DNA of 64,000 nucleotides from Octopus bimaculoides (lineage: Eukaryota). The notes beneath the pieces are model-generated. The model ran no database searches and had not been told where the DNA came from. It saw only the letters and a program-made list of their open reading frames with translations. The stretch covers positions 36,495,767 through 36,559,766 of the forward strand of contig NC_068994.1 of assembly GCF_001194135.2 (NCBI RefSeq), read 5' to 3'. Below are positions 53,541 to 64,000 of this stretch, one piece after another (position 1 is the first letter of the stretch; each line of letters begins with the position of its first letter). Position numbers and translations under genes: made by a program.

Positions 53541-54160
53541 CATGGTCTGATCAATAAGTATACGGACTGTTACCATCGTAACGAGGCTAAAGCATGTAGA
53601 GCAAAGCTGCTTAGCACAGATTGATTTTAAACACTGCTATGCATGTGCACTAAGCTTTAACGTTCTAGCTTACTTCCGCTGTTCACAGCAGTGCTTGGAA
53701 GGAAGGTGTCTAGTGTGTGATCATCACATTGACCATGACAGAGAAAGTTGAGCAGAAAATCTGCATCAAATTTTGCCAAAAGCTTGGCAATACCTGCTCA
53801 GAGGCCTATGCAAATTTTTCAAAGAATTTTCATCATTCTTGGCACATTCAAAGAGATCTTGTGCAATTGAAACCCAAGTGGCTTTTTGTTCAGCTGAAAG
53901 CAGTTTTGGCACAAACTTGGCAGATACATGTCGCATCCCCAAATCTTCAGTGATAGTGGACTGAACTGAACCATAACTAATCTTCACAATCTCTGATAAC
54001 TCACAGATGGTGATTTGACAATTTCTCCTCACAGCTGCATGCACATCTGCAATGTTTTTCTCAGTTCTACTGGTTGCGGGTCTCCCAGAACATTCGTCAA
54101 TATTGACATTTTTTTTTTTGGCCATCTTGGAAATGTCTGAACCATTTTTAAACTTATGTT
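53541..54160. mobile_element. 5' mariner fragment with an internal inversion
   Basis: TA plus TIR-like CATGGTCTGATCAATAAGTATACGGAC. Transposase start MTEKVEQKICIKFCQKLGNTCSEAYA is on the + strand (53735-53812). Its continuation KWFRHFQDG..ECSGRP...HVSAKFVPKLL...DENSLK is on the - strand (about 54155-53815). Confidence 0.88.
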
Positions 54161-55964
54161 AATATGATGATTGAAGAACAAGTGTTAAGGGATGGATGTA
54201 AGGAATAGTGGATAAGGTGTGGATTTGTGTGTCGAATGAAGTGCAGAGCAGAATTGTAATGCTGATACAGTAGACAGGGTTAAGATGAAAGTGAGAGAGA
54301 GATGACATATGGTTGTGTAAGTTGTCAGAATGTGATGGGGGGGGGGGGTACGATGATGCAGGCATAGCGTAAAGGGAGAGTGAGAGGCACATGGTGAAAT
54401 GGAGAAATAGTTTGGTAGCTCAGGGATGGGAGTGATCAGGGTTAAATGTGGGTAGAAAGGACAGAATCAGGATGACTGATGGCTTATCAAGTGAAATGTT
54501 TATGGGTAATGAGAAAGCTTAGAAGTATCAAGGAAATGAAACAGTTAGACAGATGATGGGCTGTGGAGATGTCTTGAGGAGGAGATGGGGTGAAAGCTGT
54601 GCATATATTGGGCTTCCAGAACTTAGTTTCACTTGTTAGGGGAGGTCTTCCTGGGAACTGCATTATAGTATGTTGCCTGTTATCCCAGAAAATATGTATT
54701 CATGTGTGTGTGTGTGTGTGTGTGGAGAGAGAGAGAGAGATAAATATACATATGTATGTGTATGTCTGTACATACATGTATACATAGATTACATACATAT
54801 ACATGTGTATATGTATATATATGTGCATGTACTATATATTATGTACATATAACTTTTGATTTTGTATTTTTTTTTCATTGATGCTTTCAGTACAAGAGCA
54901 TTTGGGGAAAAATGAAGTGTGAAAGAAATAGCAAATAACTAATTGTGCATACAGGGATGGGAAGCGTTTAGAATGGGAAAGGAAGGGAATTTGAGAGAGA
55001 GAGAGAGAGAGGGAGAGATATAGCAGCTGTAAGTGGAGAGAGATGAGTGTGAAAATGAAGCACAGATTTAGCATAGAAAGAAAGGAGATGAATGTTGGTC
55101 AGTTTGAGGCAGCCTGTGGTATGCAGCCTGTGAAAACCATTATTCATATTCTTGTCTTTACATACTTTATATACATATACATGAAAGCAGTGGAAACTGG
55201 ACTACTAGCAGAAAAATATTCATGCATAAGAGATATATTTATGAATACGGAGTTGGATATGAAGAGTCACATAGAAAGAGTGTATATTGCATTACTAGCA
55301 TGTATGTTGTATTACTAGCATGTATGTTCTAATATATATGCATAACACACACACACACACACACATGCATGCACACACACACACACACACATGCATGCAC
55401 ACACACACACACACACACATGCATGCACACACACACACACACAGACACGCACAGAATGGTACATGCACTTGTAATGAACAATATCATGTGTATATATGAA
55501 ACCTGAACACTTGCAGAGAGCGGACATGGTGGAGTAAGAATTGAGGTGATTATGGGGTTGCAAAATACAGAATTGAAAGTTATATTCTGCAGCCTTCCTT
55601 CTTATTCCAATTCCATCTGCCTGTTGAAACTATCTTGTAGATTCCCTTCCTCTTTCTCTCTTATCAATTTGTTTCCTCCAAACACTTCTCTCCAGTACAT
55701 ATGCGGCATTTTGCAATTTTCTGTATTTCTTCACACATCCCTTATTCTCAGATGCTAAAGATGAAGAACCCCTTTTCAAGTTTTCCAAAGAGAAAATGTA
55801 TTATTTTATAATCATAAAAGTAACAGTTGATTATTGTTAAACACCTACAGCATTACCCATATCATATGATATTCCCCTCACCATTATCATCATCATCGTG
55901 TGTATATGTTTGTGTGTGTGTGTGTATAAATATAAATAAACTAACATTTGTTTTTTTATTAGAA

Positions 55965-56090
55965 ATGTGAGAACAGCAGAAATACTGGGTAAATTTGTCA
56001 GCAAACAGTCATGAGACTCAAACCCACATCCCTGAAGACTCCGGCTGAGTGTTTTACCATTAAGCTAAACTGCCTGCTGACAAGTTCATC
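55965..56090 (-). mobile_element. tRNA-like SINE head or tRNA pseudogene
   Basis: Minus strand GCAGTTTAGCTTAATGGTAAAACACTC...GGGTTTGAGTCTC has A-box and degenerate B-box, but the cloverleaf pairing is poor. Confidence 0.45.
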
Positions 56091-56100
56091 TGCTAATCTA

Positions 56101-56299
56101 CAGGGTGTCCACAAGGTCTGGGTACATGGAGTAAATAAAATCATAACATAAACAATTAAATATAAGAAATAATAATTTCTTAAAGTATGTGTTAATCCCC
56201 ATGTGGGTACATGGGGTAAATAAAATCATAATATAAACAATTAAATATAGGAAATAATAATTTCTTAAAGTATGTGTTAATCCCCATGAACCCAGTCTT
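56101..56299. mobile_element. Second copy of the dimeric Tc1/mariner-type MITE, right TIR truncated
   Basis: TA followed by CAGGGTGTCCACAAGGTCTGGGTACATGG and two ~83-bp cores nearly identical to 10948-11159. Confidence 0.85.
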
Positions 56300-56319
56300 T
56301 CTGCTTCTTTCTTCTTTTT

Positions 56320-56560
56320 GTTTAACATCCATTTTTCATGCTGGCATGGGTTGGACTGTTTTATGGGTGTGGGCCAGCTAGGGAACTGTTCAGATTCCAG
56401 TTGTTTGTTGTGGCTTAGTTTCTCCAACTGGATGCCCTTCCTAATGTTAGCGTACTTTACAGTGTACTGGGTGCTTTTTACATTCTACTGACATGGGTAT
56501 GTTTATGTAGCACCTGCACGAGTGCATTTTATATAGTACTGGAACCTGTAAAGGACAAGC
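56320..56560 (-). mobile_element. Family C repeat
   Basis: TTTAACATCCATTTTTCATGCTGGCATGGGTTGGAC...GGATGCCCTTCCTAATG...ACTTTACAGTGTACTGGGTGCTTTT. Confidence 0.6.
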
Positions 56561-56814
56561 CTGTATGTATGGATGACAGCGATTTTACTTAGGTTGATGC
56601 ATCTTCTCAAGTACAACAAATCACTGCAACTCCCAAACCCAGGATATAGAATGATGAGAGAGAACAAATTAGGCTGTGTGGGTCAAAAAGAGCAAGTGTA
56701 TGATGACATGTAGATGATTGACAGTACAGGATAGGAAGGTGAAGTTACATATATACACACACACATGTCCGCCACTACAGTCCTCCATGGCACAGGTTTA
56801 ATTTGTGTATACAA

Positions 56815-57085
56815 ATTTAATTTGCGGTCCATGGGAAGAGCCGTTTTAACGATGCATCCTGCCCAAATCTTCGAAACGCCGGTGTTAAAACGGGGGTAGC
56901 TGATGAAGGAAAATGTTCTCTATGTGGCTTGTGTGTTTTCTGTACTCTGGTTATTATTATTTTCTTGTCTACGTTTTGTTTACAATGTCCTGTACCCAGA
57001 TATGCACCTATATATACAGGTAGACGTAGGTATGCACATACCTGTATGTATATATGCATATACTCCTTTATTATTTGTTTTATAT
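56815..57085 (-). repeat. Family D repeat, longer copy with a CpG-rich structured segment
   Basis: Homologous to 50685-50835, plus an extra segment with a CCGTTTTAAC/GTTAAAACGG inverted repeat. Confidence 0.6.
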
Positions 57086-58010
57086 ATATATATATNNNNN
57101 NNNNNNNNNNNNNNNNNNNNNNNNNNNNNNNNNNNNNNNNNNNNNNNNNNNNNNNNNNNNNNNNNNNNNNNNNNNNNNNNNNNNNNNNNNNNNNNNNNNN
57201 NNNNNNNNNNNNNNNNNNNNNNNNNNNNNNNNNNNNNNNNNNNNNNNNNNNNNNNNNNNNNNNNNNNNNNNNNNNNNNNNNNNNNNNNNNNNNNNNNNNN
57301 NNNNNNNNNNNNNNNNNNNNNNNNNNNNNNNNNNNNNNNNNNNNNNNNNNNNNNNNNNNNNNNNNNNNNNNNNNNNNNNNNNNNNNNNNNNNNNNNNNNN
57401 NNNNNNNNNNNNNNNNNNNNNNNNNNNNNNNNNNNNNNNNNNNNNNNNNNNNNNNNNNNNNNNNNNNNNNNNNNNNNNNNNNNNNNNNNNNNNNNNNNNN
57501 NNNNNNNNNNNNNNNNNNNNNNNNNNNNNNNNNNNNNNNNNNNNNNNNNNNNNNNNNNNNNNNNNNNNNNNNNNNNNNNNNNNNNNNNNNNNNNNNNNNN
57601 NNNNNNNNNNNNNNNNNNNNNNNNNNNNNNNNNNNNNNNNNNNNNNNNNNNNNNNNNNNNNNNNNNNNNNNNNNNNNNNNNNNNNNNNNNNNNNNNNNNN
57701 NNNNNNNNNNNNNNNNNNNNNNNNNNNNNNNNNNNNNNNNNNNNNNNNNNNNNNNNNNNNNNNNNNNNNNNNNNNNNNNNNNNNNNNNNNNNNNNNNNNN
57801 NNNNNNNNNNNNNNNNNNNNNNNNNNNNNNNNNNNNNNNNNNNNNNNNNNNNNNNNNNNNNNNNNNNNNNNNNNNNNNNNNNNNNNNNNNNNNNNNNNNN
57901 NNNNNNNNNNNNNNNNNNNNNNNNNNNNNNNNNNNNNNNNNNNNNNNNNNNNNNNNNNNNNNNNNNNNNNNNNNNNNNNNNNNNNNNNNNNNNNNNNNNN
58001 NATATATATA

Positions 58011-58450
58011 TTTCCTTTTACTTGTTTCAGTTATTTGACTGCATACATGCTGGAGCACCGCCTTTTGTTGAACAAATTGACTCCAAGACTTATTCTTTGT
58101 AAGCCTAGTACTTATTCTATCAGTCTCTTTTTCTGACTTGAGTGGATTTGGTAGATAGAAACTGAAAGAAATCTGTCGTATGTATATATATATATATATA
58201 TATGTATATATCTGTGTGTGTGTGTGTGTGTTTGTGTGTGTATTTGTCCCCACTACCACTTGACAACTAGTGTTAGTTTGTTTATGTACCTGCAACCTAG
58301 TGGTTTAGCAAAAGACCAATAGAATAAGTACTAGACTTAAAAAAAAACAACTCCTGGGGTCGATTTGTGCGACTAAAACCCTTCAAGGCAGTGCACCAGC
58401 ATGGCCAATGTCAAATAACTGAAACAAGTAAAAGGTAAAAGATAAAAGAT
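58011..58450. mobile_element. Family A SINE with an inverted duplication of its 3' end
   Basis: About 58011-58130 is the reverse complement of about 58310-58440 (CCTTTTACTTGTTTCAGTTATTTGAC is identical in both). The spacer is a 5'-truncated SINE body. Confidence 0.75.
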
Positions 58451-58579
58451 GAGAAACTTTTAAGAAAACATTTTGACAGAGCAAAAATTATTGTGTTTAT
58501 AATTCAGGATATGTTGCATATATTTTACAATAGCTATATAAAGTAATACGGGTTTAAATATATGAATCCAGTATTTCAT

Positions 58580-58795
58580 GTATTTCAAATTTTGGCACAA
58601 GGCCAGTAACTCTGAGGGAGGGGCAAGTCGATTACATCAACCCTAATGTTCAATTGATACTTATTTTATTAACCTCAAAAGATGAAATGCAAAGTCAACT
58701 CTTGCAGCACTTGAATTTAGAACATAAGGACAGACAAAATGCCACTTAGCATTTTGCCCTGTGCAATAACTGTTCTACCAGTTTTCCGCCTTATT
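58580..58795 (-). mobile_element. SINE-like repeat, family B
   Basis: TTTCAAATTTTGGCACAAGGCCAG...GATGAAATGCAAAGTCAAC, co-linear with 3623-3840. Confidence 0.65.
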
Positions 58796-60938
58796 TCTCT
58801 ACTATGATATATTGAAAAAGATATAAGTTATTAGAGAACTAAAACAGCCTCTCATAATAGTAATATGTGTTCAGCCATTTCTAATTCTGTAAGAAATAAC
58901 TGTTTAAATCAATAGATAGATAAACTAAATAATTATGATCAATAAAAACGTCTTTTTGTGATTGTAGTTTAAAATTCAATTACTAAAGTCATTATTGTCA
59001 AACATTGAGCATCAAAAGAGCATATATGTATAAATATNNNNNNNNNNGCAGCATCCTATTAAATTATTGTTAAATTAATCTTTTCTCCAAAGTAATGGTA
59101 AGGTGATATTTAAGTATCATTATGGAGAACCTTTCAAATTAGATGCAAGCAGACAAATTTGCTCTACTTTATAGTATCTAATGTGGTTAGGTTTTTATTC
59201 CTATCAGTCATATATATATACATATATATTCTTCCTTAGACATCAGTAAGATCAGAAATGCAGCAAAAATTTAAAATATTCTGGTCAAATTAAAGAGGAT
59301 CATGGGAAAATGGCACATGATATGAAATTAATAAAACTTGACTAAATGCAAAACTTCATCATAAAATACTATCTATAGCTTCTTAACAATATGCTGGGCT
59401 GGCTCTCCATCTAATATATCTATACAATAAAAAGTAGAAATTACTAAAATTAGTCGTTACTCATTTTGCCCCACTCTTGACATTCTTATTTATCATTTTT
59501 TATTGAAAATTTAAAATTATCAAATTAGACATTTGCATGAAAAAAAAAATTATGTGGAATCCAACAGAGAAAAGAAATTTGATAGCTAAACATCAAAAAT
59601 TGTCCAGATATTTTATTAGCAACCTCAATCACAAACAGGTCAAATTTGAGGAAAAATTTCTTGAAAAAGAAGTACCTGCCACCTGACTATGTTTCAAGCT
59701 CCCTCAACTCCAGCAACAGCCATGTTGACCAAATTTTACCCCCAAAGATGATGCAACAGTACAGAATAACGATGTAATGCTTACAGTGTAATGGTTTCAA
59801 ACAGGTAGGAAGAAAATAGTAAGAGATCAGAAATTACTTAATTCGCCCCCACATCTTCAATCCCATCACCCATTTGCTGTATTTCAAATTAAACTATGGA
59901 TTCACAACTGTTACAGTTGAATTACAAGCAAGCTTACAGTGAAGAAAATCTTTGTATGTCACAGATAGAGTAAGAGTAGCCATGGAGGTTTCACTTGTCT
60001 CTTTAGAAATTGCTGATAGCTTCCTTAATAAAAAAAGAACCTAATAAGCATTAGAGGTTGGTGATCAGGCAGCATAGAATCTTGAATAAAACTAGGAGGC
60101 AGAATATATTTATATGTGAGTCTGTACGAATATGCTTACATGCACATACTTGTACTAACATGCTATCCTGAAAGTAATGTTTTGGCTGTGACATGTCCTT
60201 TCACATGTAATGATTATTCATTTACGCTTATGTATTTGTTTTGCAAGATTCCTGATCTGAAATCATGTGTTGAAACAGATATTGATATATTTAGAGATGG
60301 TTGTTTTTTCCCCCCAAATAAACAGGCACTATATATTCATTCTTTACTTCAGATTCATTATTGTTTTTATTTTATGTCCTTTGTCTGGAAATATTTCATC
60401 ACACATCCTGTAACCTCTTCAGTGACTTTCCATCCCATGTTTCTCCATTTGTTCTGTTTAGTCCATCGTGTTTTTTTATGGTCTGTATTCTTGTGTGTGT
60501 GTGTGTGTGTGTGCGCGGGCATGTGAGAGTGTATGCTTGTCTAAATTTTTTCTGCGTGTGTGTACATGGGTTTGCGTAATATATTGTTTGTATCCATGCC
60601 CTTTATTTAGTTTTGCTTTTTACTTATTTACTTATCCATATCTCTATTTTTCTCCAGTTTTGCGTTGGGTATGTGCATGTGTATCATTTGTATGTTTGTA
60701 TATGTGTTGCATAGGATTAATGGAGTAAACAATGAAGCTCAACAAATGTAGGGGTAAATCACTGGTGTTGAGAATACATTCCCTGGAAACAATTCAGTTG
60801 TTAGTGTTTAGCCTTTGCATTAAACCTGATTGAGATGATCCTGCTCATCATTAATCCTGATTGACCATCCATCTATCAATATATTAAGGACTACTTTCTC
60901 TCATCTTATATTTTATTATAGATGCATTTTGCTTTGTG

Positions 60939-61082
60939 CACTAGCGTAACTAGGTGTGCTGCCTGGGCGGCCCTTTCGTTTGCTGCCCCTGGACCCCACA
61001 AAAAACACATATTGCCTACAGCAATAACCTACAACAGGATGAAAAGTGCCAGACCACCCCTACCCCACTAGTTACGCTAGTG
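60939..61082. mobile_element. hAT-type MITE (144 bp)
   Basis: Perfect 15-bp TIRs CACTAGCGTAACTAG / CTAGTTACGCTAGTG. 8-bp TSD GCTTTGTG / GCTTTGGG (7 of 8 match). Confidence 0.85.
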
Positions 61083-62134
61083 GCTTTGGGTTATTTGTTA
61101 CTGGACAAACTACAAATCGGAGGTTACCCCAGTAGATAGCATTCACACACACACACATATATAGTTTGTGTGTGTGTGTGTTACCTTTATGTCCATCATA
61201 TTTTTGTAAGAGTAACTAGAATGGTTTTCTCCTTGGAAAAATGCACTCCTTTCCTACAACTTGGAAATACATGCATTCATGTTTTATATATTAATATGTA
61301 TGTGTATGTGTAAGTATGTATGGACAGTGTCTCTCTCTCTTCCTCTCCCTCTCTCTCTTCCTCTCTCTCCCTCTCTCTCTTCTCCCCTCTCTCTCTTCTC
61401 NNNNNNNNNNNNNNNNNNNNNNNNNNNNNNNNNNNNNNNNNNNNNNNNNNNNNNNNNNNNNNNNNNNNNNNNNNNNNNNNNNNNNNNNNNNNNNNNNNNN
61501 NNNNNNNNNNNNNNNNNNNNNNNNNNNNNNNNNNNNNNNNNNNNNNNNNNNNNNNNNNNNNNNNNNNNNNNNNNNNNNNNNNNNNNNNNNNNNNNNNNNN
61601 NNNNNNNNNNNNNNNNNNNNNNNNNNNNNNNNNNNNNNNNNNNNNNNNNNNNNNNNNNNNNNNNNNNNNNNNNNNNNNNNNNNNNNNNNNNNNNNNNNNN
61701 NNNNNNNNNNNNNNNNNNNNNNNNNNNNNNNNNNNNNNNNNNNNNNNNNNNNNNNTTTCTATTTTACTATAAATATCATGTGTGTTTTAATCTAAAGGTT
61801 ACACAAATTGGTACTTTTATTTATCTATAATTTTCAGCATCATAACAAAGGGGTTTGAAACTGTAATTTCCCATTTAACAAATCCCCAGAATGCTGAAGA
61901 TCTAAAAGTATATACGTACTTTTTTTTACAGCTGAAGTCAGCTTACCTATCATAAGATATAGCTTATAATGATCAACTTCTTAATGACGGCATTCTTGCA
62001 CTATAAGCAGCATAACTAGTGTAGCATTTACTTTTGAAGATAGATGTCAGGATTTATTCATATGCACATTTGAATGGAATTTGGAGTTGTTGAATATAGG
62101 AGGTTTTTATGGCTGAAATTTAACTAATATTTTG

Positions 62135-62360
62135 TATGTTGTGAAGGCATGTAGACTGGTTCTTAGAGTGTTGCACTCATGATTGATAGATCATGGGTTT
62201 GATTTCCAGGCCAGGCAGCATGTGTTCTTGAGCAAAACACTTCATTTCATGTTGCTGTAGTGGGTAGGAGAGTAGCAGAATCATTTGCATGTTGGTAGAA
62301 ATGTTTTATGGTATATCTTCTGGCTCTCTAAAATTCTGAGTTCAAATCCCACCTGCTTGG
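62135..62360 (+). mobile_element. Adjacent SINE heads: a tRNA-like head followed by a family B head
   Basis: GGGTTTGATTTCCAGGCCAGG...GTGTTCTTGAGCAAAACACTTCATTTC, then TAGCAGAATC...TTCTGAGTTCAAATCCCACC. Confidence 0.45.
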
Positions 62361-62479
62361 AGAAGACAATGGGAAACCATACAGTAATCATTTCAAGTTT
62401 AGTCATGGATAGCTGTAATTTCAGTAATCTTAATGGTGGTAGGGGAGGGTATGGGTCATATAGAGAGTGCTGGAGAAGC

Positions 62480-64000
62480 TTCACATGCATAGGACTTGCA
62501 TGTTGTATTTTATAGAGAAGCTAACTTAATGGAACTTGTTTAAAATTCTTGCGATATTGGTAGCATTTTAAAAGATGCTCATGTAAAAGTTTTAAGAAAT
62601 TTCAAGCTGTACAGGTACCAACTTTATGACTGCGTTCAGATTGTACCGTATTTTTTTGAACATGTGTTGGTATAAATATTGCTAATGAAATTAATATTCT
62701 TGTTGAAGCCACTCTCTAGTAAAACTTAATTGTTACAAAGATTACTCAATGAATATTTAGGGTATGAGATCTTTAATGGATAAAGGCTAATATTTTTAGT
62801 TAAATTCTTAGAGTGAATGATTTGAGTTTGTGAATAATTTGAGTTTGAACGATTTGAGTGAATGATTTGTGTTTGTGTTGAGCTGGTGAATGATTTGTGG
62901 TGATGTACTGTAATATTTCATTTGGTTTCCTTTAAGTGTTGTTTTGTAAATTTCTAAGTTTAAAGTAGTATGATGAAAGTGACTATATATATGTTTTAAG
63001 ATTGGAGATTTTTCTCAAATCTCTTGGATTGGCAAGTTACTTAGGTTTAGTAAAATTATGATTATGGTACTAGACATCTAAATGAAAGTAAGATTAAATA
63101 AATTTAAGCAATCAAATTCAGAAACTCCTGTTGAACCTTTTGTCCTCACACTTAACACCATATGGTATTATCGAAAGATGGAAGGGATTTTCATACAGCA
63201 TAATTTTTATGATTGATTCAATATTGGACATGTAATCTCTAGGAAAAATTAGTGCATCCTGGAAAAATTTTTAAGATAAAGGTGTACAAATCAAGATATA
63301 AAGTGACATGGCTTGCATAGTGCTAACAATTAAAGTCTGACTTCTATACTTAAATTAGTGGCAAGACTTCTAAATTAGTAGAATCAGTTGCATTATTTTT
63401 GGCAAATATTTGCAGTGCTATAAAATAAAAATCTTTGGTAAGTGGGACGATCCTTTTTTGCTCTTTTGTCAGAATATACAAAGATACATTTGGAGACATT
63501 TGAAGTTTTCAATTTTTACTTCAGAAAATTGTTGGCATTTATTATAAGACATACTGAAAAATTACAATTCTTACCAAAATAAAATTATCCATCTCCAATT
63601 GTTCAATAATTCATTTGTATGAGGGGAACTTTTTAAAATTTTGAAATAGGACTTATTTTTATTTAGTAGCTCAGTATCTCTGTCAAAGATGAAAAATTTC
63701 TATTGCATTACTCTCCATGAAATTTTCAATTCTGTAAATAAGATATTTAATAACTTTCTTATGGATCCTGATATTCTTTGCTAAAAAATTCTAACAAGGG
63801 CCTGTTCATCATGAAACTGTTTTGCTCTATTTACAGAAAAGTGCTCAAGTTTCACCTTTCACATTTTCAGACAATAGTGGAAGAGTATGTGCTCTTATAT
63901 AAATTACTCTTGTAGTGAGGAGAAAATCATCAATTTAATTATTATACCTAGTTATGAGAAGCTGAAGAGACTACTTCATAATTGAAATTGATTAAAATTA
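62480..64000 (-). mobile_element. Possible highly degenerate Penelope-like retroelement (GIY-YIG region)
   Basis: Broken minus-strand translation VGTCTA*NFLKLLHEHL resembles the GIY-YIG 'YIGxT...RLxEH' motif. Long non-microsatellite tract with no intact ORF. Judged by eye only. Confidence 0.3.
62810..62900. repeat. Degenerate short tandem repeat (GTGAATGATTTG(A/T)-like units)
   Basis: About five or six imperfect copies of GAATGATTTG / GAATAATTTG / GAACGATTTG. Confidence 0.7.

Noticed and set aside
55965-56090. Functional tRNA gene
   Set aside because: A and B boxes are present, but the acceptor, anticodon and T stems do not pair convincingly. More likely a SINE head.
56817-58295. Long ORFs of 360-492 aa (similarly 31663-32457, 38201-38716, 61261-61830, 18165-18665)
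   Set aside because: They are open only because they cross N-gaps.
36000-64000. A second protocadherin or other host gene upstream
   Set aside because: No ORF or fragment with cadherin motifs (DxNDN, DRE) on either strand. Small exons of other genes cannot be excluded without RNA data.

Overview
AT-rich, microsatellite-dense animal DNA with eight N-gaps. The protocadherin type and repeat landscape suggest a coleoid cephalopod (octopus-like); this is inference. One host gene is supported: a minus-strand six-cadherin-repeat protocadherin. Its large coding exon (30659-28272) encodes the signal peptide, EC1-EC6, the transmembrane helix and the proximal tail. Canonical, phase-matched splice sites add two small cytoplasmic exons (27025-26869, and 24509 to 24471/24411/24304) and a probable non-coding first exon ending at 35372. 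The rest is transposon debris: five Tc1/mariner-superfamily relics (three mariners, one DD37D element, one full-length DD36E Tc1-like element), MITEs, a 316-bp foldback element with 109-bp arms, tRNA-like SINE families, Penelope-like remnants and tandem repeats. Best leads: the DD36E (Incomer-type) element in an apparent mollusc, tail isoform switching at protocadherin exon 3, loss of Ca2+-binding motifs in EC3, and several perfect or near-perfect hairpin-forming insertions.
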